64,000 nt of DNA from Octopus bimaculoides (taxonomy: Eukaryota). The notes beneath the pieces are model-generated. The model had not been told where the DNA came from. It saw only the letters and a list, made by a program, of their open reading frames with translations, and searched no databases. The stretch lies in NCBI RefSeq assembly GCF_001194135.2, contig NC_068995.1:33900458-33964457 (forward strand). The letters are read 5' to 3'. Positions 48,377 to 60,582 of this stretch are shown one piece after another; within the stretch, counting starts at the first letter, position 1, and every line of letters begins with the position of its first letter. The position numbers and the translations under genes are program-made.

Positions 48377-51300
48377 CTAACCCTAAAAGCTGGGAGTTGA
48401 AAGCCAGTCATTGGTTAAAATTAGAAAATATATACTAAAACTAAATATTTGATGTTATAAAGGCTACTTTTTTTCTATATATTATTACAGCAATTAATGA
48501 AAGTTTCTAAATTTGTAGAACTATCCAACTAATGAAGAAACAGATGCATCTTCTCTCATGAATTATGTAGATGCTAATTTTAGAGTGTTGAATTTCCATT
48601 ATCTTGTAAATAAAGCTATAAAATGTTTTTTAGAGTTGCTTATCAGAAGTTTCTGCTTGTCATATAACCAATTAGGAACTTCTTACAAGAACACTAATGA
48701 ATGCCATATACATTACACAAAAAACATGCTTTATTTGAAGGTCAGACATGCAAGAGATCAACTCATATCTATAGTCAGTTTTGTCTGAAGCAACTACAAA
48801 TACATGTCCATAACAACACATCAAGAAACTACTCTAGTTTCTTTAAACCATTGCCTCAAGTTACAAGTAGCTGAAATATCAGTTTTTTTACCTTGTTTCA
48901 AATACTCAGTTGATATGCACATAAACGTCTGTATAAGAAAACTGAAAAAATTTCAAAAGCTGAAAAACTTTTGGACCTAATTAAGCCCAGAACATTCAGG
49001 GGTTTAAAAGAGTTATTGCATTCACTTCAACTCTTTTACCTACTTGTGCCAACACCCCCAAATCTCCATAATCAAAAATAATCCTAAAACTGAATAATCT
49101 AAACTAAACAGTATTACATGAATGCATTATCTTAAAAAATCCTTTAAAAAATATTAACTTTAAAATCACCAATTTATGTGTTCCCTTTCCCAGTTAACAA
49201 CATGGAATAAGGCTACAACACCTTATTCACAGATCTCTCACAAAAAAAAAAAAAAAATACATGATGGCCTCAACAGCAAAAAGCATGCCCAAGTTACACA
49301 CAGACTACACCCATATACCATGAACTCATTGAAGCAAGTTATTATGTTTATATAATCCCGGCATTATGCATACCTACATAAAGTTATAATATGGCTACAA
49401 GTTGCTTATGTCTTATATAGTTACCTCTGAATTGGTGGGTCACAACTTTTTATTTCAATGCCTGTTGTCTTGTTGAACAAATTGGGTTGGAGAAATAAAA
49501 CAATAATCACTGAGGAAGTGAAATTCTCTATTTAGTAATTTGACCTGCCGGAAACTGGAGTTAGATCATTTTAAATTACATCCTGCCATCTTAAACATGT
49601 CTGTATAATGTGGCCTCAATACATTCTGCTTGTACATTGAACAAGATACAAAGTATTTTACCCAATATCCAGATAGTCAAAGATTGCATCACTCAAATTG
49701 AGAGAGAAGAAATATAGCCTGTCCCTCTTCCATTCTTTCTGATTAGTTTTTTCTGACACTTGGTTTCCATTGTCTGCGAGCCTTGTTCTTCATTATCCAT
49801 GATTGTTTCATGCTTACAGTGACAGACCACTTCCACAAGCCTTGTTTTTCCCGACCATTTCATGCTTACAGACATTATATTAATAATTCTGTTAAATTCT
49901 TCTTTCTATAACTGCATTTCTTAAAACTTTTTGTTCATATGTTCCCTGCAACTCATAACCTGTTACAATTTCAAAATAAAATCACTTTAATCTCATTAAC
50001 ATTATCCAGCTATCATACATCCTTAGTCTAGAAAAGTCTATAAAGGCTTTTAGAGAAACATTAGATGCCATCATAGGACTAGTGCATTATTTAAATCTTT
50101 ATATATCTTATTGGTTTTAAATCGACAGTTTTGTTAAAAAGTGTATTCATATCATGTCAAATCATGAACATATCTTAACATGATAAAATGTTTCAGAAGT
50201 TTTCAGCTAAAAGAGTTGAACAGAGAAGGTAAACCTCTTCATGATTTCCAAAGTAGGGGTGTGGGTGTTAATCCATGTCAAGGAAAAAGATTTGTACTGA
50301 TAATGGAAATGTTTTAAATCTAATTCTTGTGCAATCACATCATTCTTTTAGTCAGGATTTCTGACTCATGCCAAGAAGTAGCTATCTGCAGGAATTATCT
50401 TTATAGAGGACAGTCAGATGTGGAAGTATGGTTATCTTGCATCATCATTGTCGTCGTCATCGCCGCTGCCGTCGTCATCCTTTAGTGTCCGTTTTCCATG
50501 CTGGCATGGGATGGATGGTTTGAACAGAGCTGGTAAACCAGAGAACTGCACTGGGTTTCAATTTGATTTGGTTTGGTTTGGTTTCTGCTGCTGTCTGCTC
50601 TTCCTTATGCCAACCACTTTACAGTGTGTGTTGGATGCTTTTATGTGGCACTGAAATGGGTGCTTTTTATATGGCACTGTCACAGGACTCATGCAGGTCA
50701 ATTCTCTTCACTTGGGGATGCAGCCTCAACACTTCTGCTGTGGAGGATGGGTCTTCTTGAATACAGCAAAGTGCCAGGTATCTTGGTTCTTTGTTATTTC
50801 ATCCAAAAGGTTCAGCATCCTGAGGTCATCCTTCAGTACTTTGTCCCGTGTTTTCCTGAGTCTCCTTCTTCCACAAATTCCATTCATGTTGAGAGATCGG
50901 CACTGCTTTATGAAATTGTCAGCATCTACCAGTACTTCCCTCTTGCACACTGTATTTAATTTCACTCATGCCTAACTTCTCCCTCAATACACTAGCACTC
51001 TGTTGCATAAGGCAATACATTGCAAAACTCAGTTTATATTGAGAAATTAAAGTAACTTGACAATTCCTTTGCTGATAGATATGGTTGCTGAGGACCTGTG
51101 AATGCTCTACAGTGCTTTCTGGTTTTGAGACATCTTCAGTCTGGTGATGCTACTGGGGAATTTTTTCCCTAGAAGGACAGTCCTTTAAGACTAAGTGCTA
51201 TTGAAGATGCCATAGAAACTCTAAGTGGTACTTTTGCCCACTGCATACTGGAAGATGCCATAGAAACTCTAAGTGATACTTTTGCCCACTGCATTCTGAG

Positions 51301-51909
51301 TTGCTAGGAATTGAGAGGTGTCAGTGATGAATGGAATAAACCAGTATCTTTGTGCAGTAATGAAGGAAACTATTTAAAACTTGGCAGTGATTCTAAATGG
51401 CTATAAAAATGGATAATTACTGTTTTTTCTTCCTCATGTGTTAGCCAAATATGTCTTGTTAGTGGAGAGGCTCTCCTGGATATTATGTATCATTTACTCA
51501 GACAAATGAAATATAGATGCAGTTAAAAGCTGGGAAAATATAACCACATTTGTGTCAATGGTTGAATATGTATTAATGCAACCTGCACTGATGAGGACAG
51601 AAGTCATGAATTACCTCTCAGTTTTGAATACTTTATGAAAATGGGAGAGGAGTTCACTGAACCACTTTGAACATAGTTGATCTAAAAGTAGGGTAAAAGA
51701 AAAAAATAAATAATTTACCTTTTTAATTTTTGATATTGTACTGTAGATTAGATGATTTGTTGTAAATTTATATTTAAAGGCCTTGTGCCTAATAAATTTG
51801 TTACTGATGTATTTTAGATCTTATGTTTTTTTTTACTGACCAAACTACTGGTCCAAGAGATGAGAGATGCATGCTTCAAAATTTTTGTTGCTAATATTAT
51901 TGGTCGGTT

Positions 51910-52470
51910 TAAGGCAGTGAGCTGATAAAACGGTTAGCATACTGGACAAAATGTTCAGTGGCATTTCATTTGTATATTTTGAGTTCAAATTCCACTGAGG
52001 TTGACTTTCACCCTTTTGGAGCTGAACACTGGGGTTGATGTACTTGATTTACCTGCTACCCCAGAATTGCTGGCCTTGTGCCAAAATTTGAAACCAATAT
52101 TAATGGTAGATTTCAAGTTGGAAAAGATCATTAGCATGCTGGGTGAAATGTTTAGTGGCATTTCGTCTGTCTTCACATTCTGAGTTCCAATTCTGCTGAG
52201 GTTGACTTTGCCTTTCATGCTTTTGAGGTCAATAAAATAAATACCAGTTGAGAACCAGGGTTGATGTAATTAATTACCCCATCCCCTGAAAGTATTGACC
52301 TTTTGACAAAATTTGAAGCCAATATTAATTGGTGGATTTCCATCAAGGTTGACTTTGCCTTCCATCCCTTTAGGGTCGATAGTACTGGGGTTGATATGAT
52401 TGACTTATCCTGTCTCCCAAAAGTTACTGGCCTTGTTCCAAAATTTGAAACCAATATTAATGGTGAATGA
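51910..52470 (+). mobile_element. Three head-to-tail SINE family B copies
   Basis: Each unit ends aaaatttgaa(a/g)ccaatattaa(t)tggt. Confidence 0.85.
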
Positions 52471-52732
52471 GGATTGGTGGGAGAGTATAATATTAAACTA
52501 AATGCGCAACTGTATTTGGTTTTAGTTCTGAGTTCAATTCACATTGAGAATTGATAAAATAAGTACCAGGAATATTTTGGTGTCCATGTGTACAAGAAAA
52601 AGAAATGATTGTCACAGGTAATTAATAACCTTGATAGGACATGTCATCTGCAGGAATACCTGTGGTGTGTTAATACTTTCATAATACTATTTATAAAATG
52701 ATGGATGGAATAAGATAATTAGTGTAAGTATC

Positions 52733-53523
52733 TTGAGAGAAAAGCTGAACATAAGAAGCATCAGTTGTAGTGTGCAAGAGAGACGATTGCACTGGTATGG
52801 ACATGTGGTGAGAATGGATGAGGATAGCTGCGTGAAAAAGTGCCACACCCTAACAGTTGAGGGAACCCGTGGAAGAGGTAGGCCCAGGAAGACCTGGGCT
52901 GAGGTGGTGAGGCAAGACCTTCGAACATTGGGCCTCACCGAGGCGATGACTACTGACCGAGACCTTTGGAAATGTGCTGTGCGTGAGAAGACCCGACAAG
53001 CCAAGTGAGATCGTTGCCAGTGCCCCTGGACTGGCTCTTGTGCGGCTGGCNNNNNNNNNNNNNNNNNNNNNNNNNNNNNNNNNNNNNNNNNNNNNNNNNN
53101 NNNNNNNNNNNNNNNNNNNNNNNNNNNNNNNNNNNNNNNNNNNNNNNNNNNNNNNNNNNNNNNNNNNNNNNNNNNNNNNNNNNNNNNNNNNNNNNNNNNN
53201 NNNNNNNNNNNNNNNNNNNNNNNNNNNNNNNNNNNNNNNNNNNNNNNNNNNNNNNNNNNNNNNNNNNNNNNNNNNNNNNNNNNNNNNNNNNGAGCGTGGC
53301 CGTTGCCAGTACCACCTGACTGGCCTTCGTGCGGGTGACACATAAAAGCACCGACTACACTCTCTGAGTGGTTAGTGTTAGGAAGGGCATCCAGCTGTAG
53401 AAACTCTGCCAAATTAGATTGGAGCCTGGTGTTGCCATCCGGTTTCACCAGTTCTCAGTCAAATCGTCCAACCCATGCTAGCATGGAAAGCAGACGTTAA
53501 ACGATGATGATGATGATGATGAT
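52733..53523 (+). mobile_element. Young RTE LINE 3' end (ORF2 C-terminus ERRLHWYGHV...RGRPRKTW, 3' UTR repeat collapsed into a gap, (GAT)n tail)
   Basis: ORF 52733..53008 ends in the ORF2 stop; near-identical to the 12963-13393 and 9205-9445 copies. Confidence 0.92.
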
Positions 53524-55957
53524 AACTGTCTGTGTGAGTTGATTTCTCTTTTACTTGTTTCAGTCATTTGACTGCGGCCATGCTGGAGCACCGCCTTTAT
53601 GTGCCACCTGCATCAGTGCTTTAAACAACCAAATCAAACATTGGAGTTGATTAAGAGTGGGGAGTACAGACCTTTGTTGACATGTGCCATGATAGTGTGA
53701 TCTGAAAGAAAACTACTAATCCAAGAGATGAGAAATGAGTGGAATTATAGGAGGGAAGATTTGATAGGAGATTTAATATGGTTGAAGGGTTTACTGGAGT
53801 CTAGAGAAGAGAAACTGGTTAGTTCTGTTCATCAGTGTACCAGGATTGTACTTTCTGATGATGAATTACAGTAATTGTAGGAGAAGCAATTGCAACAGTT
53901 CATTTCCTTTACACATAAAAATAACAATAACAACAGATGTTGCTGCAAAAACAAAACAAAGCAAAAATAATGGTTTTAAATTTTGGCATGAAGTCAACAA
54001 TTTAAGGGGAGGGGTTAAGTTTATTACATCGACACCTAGTGTTCAACTATATCAACCTCGAAAGGATGAAAAGCAAAGTTGGCCTTGGTGGAATTTGAAC
54101 TCAGAATGTAAAAGACAGATGAAATGCTGCTAAGCATTTTGCCTGGCTAACACTTCTACCAGTTTGCTGCCCTAAAAATAAAACAATGATAATAATTGCT
54201 ATTTGTGCTATAGAAACTGTAGTGTGCCTGACTTAATGCAGTTTCTATATTTCAATCTAGCATGAAATTTGTGCAGCATTTTGTCTCATTTGGGTTCATA
54301 AATAGAATATGCTAAAATTAATTCAGTTGAATCTGTATAGTGCCCTTCTAAAACAATCTTGTATCTTGTCAAATAACATTAATGATGATTTTATTTCTTC
54401 ATTTTGCTTCAGCAGATAAGAAACAAGAAAATAATTTAACTATCTTCATGTACTTTATGTATGTATGCATGTGTGTGTTCTTGTATAATTCTNNNNNNNN
54501 NNNNNNNNNNNNNNNNNNNNNNNNNNNNNNNNNNNNNNNNNNNNNNNNNNNNNNNNNNNNNNNNNNNNNNNNNNNNNNNNNNNNNNNNNNNNNNNNNNNN
54601 NNNNNNNNNNNNNNNNNNNNNNNNNNNNNNNNNNNNNNNNNNNNNNNNNNNNNNNNNNNNNNNNNNNNNNNNNNNNNNNNNNNNNNNNNNNNNNNNNNNN
54701 NNNNNNNNNNNNNNNNNNNNNNNNNNNNNNNNNNNNNNNNNNNNNNNNNNNNNNNNNNNNNNNNNNNNNNNNNNNNNNNNNNNNNNNNNNNNNNNNNNNN
54801 NNNNNNNNNNNNNNNNNNNNNNNNNNNNNNNNNNNNNNNNNNNNNNNNNNNNNNNNNNNNNNNNNNNNNNNNNNNNNNNNNNNNNNNNNNNNNNNNNNNN
54901 NNNNNNNNNNNNNNNNNNNNNNNNNNNNNNNNNNNNNNNNNNNNNNNNNNNNNNNNNNNNNNNNNNNNNNNNNNNNNNNNNNNNNNNNNNNNNNNNNNNN
55001 NNNNNNNNNNNNNNNNNNNNNNNNNNNNNNNNNNNNNNNNNNNNNNNNNNNNNNNNNNNNNNNNNNNNNNNNNNNNNNNNNNNNNNNNNNNNNNNNNNNN
55101 NNNNNNNNNNNNNNNNNNNNNNNNNNNNNNNNNNNNNNNNNNNNNNNNNNNNNNNNNNNNNNNNNNNNNNNNNNNNNNNNNNNNNNNNNNNNNNNNNNNN
55201 NNNNNNNNNNNNNNNNNNNNNNNNNNNNNNNNNNNNNNNNNNNNNNNNNNNNNNNNNNNNNNNNNNNNNNNNNNNNNNNNNNNNNNNNNNNNNNNNNNAT
55301 ATATATATATATATAATGTAAAACAATAAATAGAAGTCATGTTTTAGTTTAAGTGTGGTTTGTAGGGATAACAGGAAGATTCATTTATCCTCCTATCATC
55401 TTCTTGAAGAGATATATTTTAGGTAGGGTCACAGCTTGCAACCTTGAGCTGTCATTAATTCTACTTTGATTGTTTGTTGTAGTTAGCAGTTGGTGCATAT
55501 ATCTGCATGTGTGTACAGTTATCTGTGCGTGTGTGTGTGTGTGTGTGTGTACTGAGTTATTTGAAAAAAATCACTCAACTCTATTTAGCTGATGAATTAT
55601 TATTTTTAATGAAGTATTAACTTCCTTGGATTATAGGAAAGAAAAACTGTGTTGACATTGGGATCTGTTCACAGATTGCAGATGTGTTTTGACATGTCTG
55701 CTTGGATTGCATAAATAAATTTTGGGTTAAGCAGAAGATAATGAGTGTAACAATAATAATGATGATGAAGGGGATGACTCCAGTCACTTGAGAATCATTT
55801 TTTTTCATTTTCCATCATTCCTATCACCTTTATCACTGTTTTTACTTCCATCTTTCTATGTTGGCATGGGTTGGACTGTAGCTTTTCAGGCAGTGTTTTC
55901 TGTCAGGATACTCTCTGTGATGCCAACTCTTTAACTCTTCTCTTATGACACATTGAG

Positions 55958-55992
<35 letters not shown>

Positions 55993-56784
55993 TTAATATC
56001 CATTTTCCATGCTGGCATGGGTTGGAAAATTTGACAGTAGCTGGGAAGCCAGTAGACTGCATTGGGTTTCACTGTCTGTTTTGGCATGGTTTTTATGGCT
56101 GGATGCTCTTCCTAATGCCAACCATCTTACAGAATAGAGTGGACTGAGAGATATGTGTACTTGTTCTAAAATTGAGATATGCCTTATGAAAATATTTCTA
56201 AGTTTTATGACAATTTCACCTTCTTTAATGTTGGCAATGAACATACTCTGATTATCAACAATTTTACTGTGTTAGCTTGATTCTGGCAAAGCTTTAAAAA
56301 TTTTATGGATATGTTATTTTTTTCTATTCACTATCAACTTTGTTTCCAGCCATTCACCATAACATTTCTAATTAAATACACTGCATGTGTTCCAATTATT
56401 TTACAAAACTGTCTCTAATTTATAATGGTTTAGTAAAATAATTTTTTCCTTATTTGATTTCTTTGATGCACAAAGTAACAAACGTTTCTTTAAAGTTATG
56501 TTGGAAGGGTTTACTTTAAATATGAACACTTCTGAAGATAAAGATATATTCTAATTAAAATAGATTTAATATTTGTGTTAAGGCGGTGAGCTAGCAGAGT
56601 CATTAGCACGCTGGTTAAAATGCTTAGCAGCATTTTGTCCACCTTTTTCTTCTGAGTTCACATGTTATTTGGGTTAACTTTGCCTTTCATCCTGTCAGGG
56701 TTGATAAAATAAGTACCAGTTGAACACTGGGGGTGAAGTTATCGACTTACCCACCCCCACTAAATTTCTGGCCTTGCTGCTACA

Positions 56785-58030
56785 AAGGCAAGCGTGATGC
56801 CTTAGACAGAAATAAATTACTGGACAGGGTGATGAAAGTCATAGAAATGGTCATTGTTCAATTAATTAGGAAGAGAGGGTAGATGAGGTGCAGTTTGGAT
56901 TTGTGCCAGGTAGAAGTACAACTGATGCTATATTTCTGGTTAGACAACAGCAGAAGTATTTAATTAAAAATAAACATCTGTACTTGGTTTTTGTTGACAT
57001 GGAGAAAGCTTTTAACAAGGTCCCCTGCTCCCTTATCTAGTGGTCAATGCGGAAGCTAGGGATAGATGAGTGATTAGTGAGAGCTGTACAAATCATGTAC
57101 AGGGATTCTGCCAGTAAGGTGAGGGTTGGCAACGAGTACAGTGAAGAATTCAGTGTACAGGTAGGAATTCACCAAGGTTCAGTTCTCAGCCTCTTTGCGT
57201 TTATCTTAGATGAATTCAAGACCGGCTTCTCCTGGGAGCTCCTCTGCTGCTGATGAGCTGGTTCTTATAAATCACTACTGAATCACTACTTGACTTAGAG
57301 AAGAAATTTCAGGTGTGGGAGCAAGGTCTATAATCAAAGGGCTTTAGAGTTAATTTAGCAAAAACCAAAGTTTTAGTAAATAGGAAAACAGACAAATCAC
57401 AAGACCCTTCAGGGAGATGGCCCTGCTTGATATGTAAGAAGAGTGCTGGTAGAAATTCCGTACATTGTACCCAGTGCAAGCTTTGGACACATAAGAGGTG
57501 TAGTGGTAACACAGGAAGGCTAATAGAGAAAATAGTCTTTGTGTGTGGCAAATTTGTGGGTACAATGAGCACTAAAAATGTGCAGACAATAGACTCCCTC
57601 AAATGTTTGTGGAGGATCATTATAAGTAGTAGATAGATTTTGTTACCTAGGCGACTGAGTTAGCAGTGGAGGAGGAATTTCTGGAAGTGTAGTTGCTAAA
57701 TGCTGGACCTCACTGAGGAAATGACAAGGGACCAGGAGTTGTGGCAATTTGCTGTAGTTGAGAAGACGTGCCAAGCTAAGTAAAATCGCTGTCTTCCATA
57801 CATACAGGCTTATCCTTTACAGGTGCTGATGCTACATAAACATGCTGGTGCTATGTGAACACACCTGTGCCAGTGGCACATAAAAACCACTCGGCACATT
57901 TTGTAGAGTGGTTGGCATTAGGAAAGGCATCCAGCCCTAGAAACCACACCAAAACAGACAATTGGAGTCTGGCCAGATCCATGTCAAGCTGTCCAACTCA
58001 TGCCAGCATGAGAAATGGATGTTAAATGAT
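56785..58030 (+). mobile_element. Degenerate RTE LINE copy (RT, PHD-like region, 3' tail)
   Basis: Same family as 60583-62790: [31 protein letters not shown]; multiple stops; ends gttaaatgataatgatg. Confidence 0.88.
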
Positions 58031-58269
58031 AATGATGTGTGTGTGTCTTTGTGTCTGTGCTTGTCTCTCATCACTGCTTGGCAACCAGTGTTAGTGTGTT
58101 TATGTTCCCATATTAGTGGTTTGGTAAAAGAGAATGATAGAATAAGTACTAGGCTTAAAAAAAAAAACAAAGAACAAATAAATATTGGGGTTGATTCATT
58201 CTAGTTAATATTCAAGGCAGTATCCCACATGGCTGCAGTCTAATGACTGAAACAGTAAAAGAGAAAAGA

Positions 58270-58800
58270 TACATATACATTATTTTATCAACCAAGAAAG
58301 GGTGAAAGGCAAAGTTGACATCAGCAGGATTTAAACTTGGAACTTAAAGCATTTGAAGAAACACTGCAAAGCATTTTTTCCAATGTTCTTATAATTTTGC
58401 CAGCTTGCTGCATTTAAGAGATACTACAAGACATTTTTCTGAGCTGTAACAATTCTACCAGGTGTTATAACTTCTATACTTGACTGGTACTTATTTTATC
58501 AACCCCAAAAGGATGAAAGGCAAAGTTGACCATGCTGGACTTTGAACTTAGAATGTGCTGAGTCAGAAGAAATGCCACTAAGCATTTTGCCCAATGTGCT
58601 ATTGATTCTGCCAGCTTTTATGATAATAATAATCCTTTCTGCTATAGGCACAAGGCCTGAAATTTAGTGGGAGGGGACTAGTCAGTTATATCGGCCCCCA
58701 GTGCTTTACTGGTACTTAATTTATCGATCCTGGGAGGATTAAAATCAAAGTCAACCTTAGTGGAATTTGAACTCAGAACATAGCAATGGGAAAAATACCA
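58270..58800 (-). mobile_element. Cluster of three SINE family B copies (minus strand)
   Basis: Repeated ggatgaaaggcaaagttgac / atttgaactcagaa / gcattttg motifs. Confidence 0.8.
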
Positions 58801-58808
58801 CCACCACC

Positions 58809-58840
<32 letters not shown>

Positions 58841-60289
58841 AATAATAATAATAATAAAAGCCCCACAGCAGTTCAAGTGAGTATGACTTAATAGCATGCA
58901 CTATTCTTTCCCTAATTGTTTTAGGTGTCTATGTAGTCATGAACAGTTGTTGACAACCTTTTGTCACTTCACCTTTGAACATTGAGGATGTGATACCTGG
59001 AATGAGAGAGTACTGTACCAGCACTTGGCTGGTATTCATTTCATTTGAGTGGACTCGAGCAATATGAAGTGAAGTGTCTTGCCAAGGACACACCTTGTCT
59101 CACAACACATGAATTGAACCCACAATCTCAGATCTCTATATGCTTTCAAAGCTTCTCTAATAGTAATTCATCTGATAAAATATAGGCTAAAGTTATATGC
59201 AACTAATCCTGCTTAAAATAACTCATTATTCTTAAATTGAAAGGAAATTTAGAAGACGTTAGCAGCAGTGGTGGTGGTGATGATAGCATGAAAAGCGATA
59301 GAGAGGATGAGAAGATGAAAGTCAGTGTGGGATGGTTGTAGTGGTGGTGGTATGAGAAGAGATAGAATGAAAGTCAGAGCAGGATTATAAAGTGGAATGG
59401 ATGGTGGAAGGAAATGGTTCCTGTAATAATAAATTGTTTTGGATGTTGGTATTGCAGCTTAATGGCATGGATCAAATAATCAGCTGCAGACACATGCTCT
59501 GTGTGTGGCTTTTGGGTCTTATCTGTATGTATGTGTGTATGTGTGCATACACGTGGATTCTCTCTCTCTAATCGATAGATTGCTGTTTCCTTTCATTCTG
59601 TGGCAACCAACACCATCATCCACCCACTTCCATTTTCTCCTCATCTATACTTCATTCTTTTTCATTTTCTGTTAGCAAGTAGTAAATGATAAAAATCAAT
59701 TTTTTTCTATTTTTATTTATTTCATTATATTTTTTTTTCACTCCTTGAACCCCCACTCCCTTCTTTCCTTACTTTGTCTTTTATTCTTTACTGCCCCCCA
59801 CTGCTTCCCTCTCACATCACTTTCACTTTACTAAGTTTCAATCTTTCTTTTTACCCTCTGCTTCCTTACCATTTTAATATTAATCTTTCTCTTTTTTCTC
59901 ACCCTCACCCCCACTTCATCAACTGGATTCTTGCACAGTTATTCTCTCCTGTTTTCTAATTGATCAGTTTTCTATGTGATCCGTAGAAGACAGTGACGAT
60001 GAAGATTATTATTATCATTATTATAATAATGCTTTCAGTAGTAGGTGGGGGTGGTAGTGATGGCAATGTCTGTGGCTTGTTAATGGTAGATATCCTGTTC
60101 TAGATAGTTCCTTTTATTAGATGTCTCACTTCACTGTCTACTAGTCTCCTACAGAACTACTTTTCTGGTTTTCCTTCAGCAATTATCCTGTTGTTTTTCA
60201 GATGTATTTTTGCTAACAACGTGAAATGATCTGAGGATATTAATTGTTTTTAGCTTTCTTGCTTTCTATTTTTTTATGATTCCAGTGCT

Positions 60290-60545
60290 GATATTTTTTG
60301 TTTGTGCTTGCAGAAGATAGATAGTAAAATAGACAGCCCAACATATAGCAAGACAGATGAACTGATAGATAGTAAAATAAATAGATTGCAACTTAAACAA
60401 ATAAGTAGTAAGATAGCCAGTAAGATAGACAAACCAATGCATAGTAAGATAGATTGGCCAACAGACAGTAAGAGAAATAGATAAGAAATTAGATACAATA
60501 AGAAAGATACTAAGGTAGACAGCTGTTAGTAAGTAAGGTAGACTG
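60290..60545. repeat. Degenerate (GATA/AGAT)n simple repeat
   Basis: Repeated agata/gatag/agtaag units. Confidence 0.75.
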
Positions 60546-60582
60546 ATATTCTCTAGAGACTCTGAAAGGAATAAAGTTATAT

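Noticed and set aside
55366-55422. Candidate RIC-3 exon 2 (WITGRFIYPPIIFLKRYIL); also a candidate near 54413
   Set aside because: The acceptor is weak and there is no clear RIC-3 motif. The true exon may be in a gap or beyond the window.
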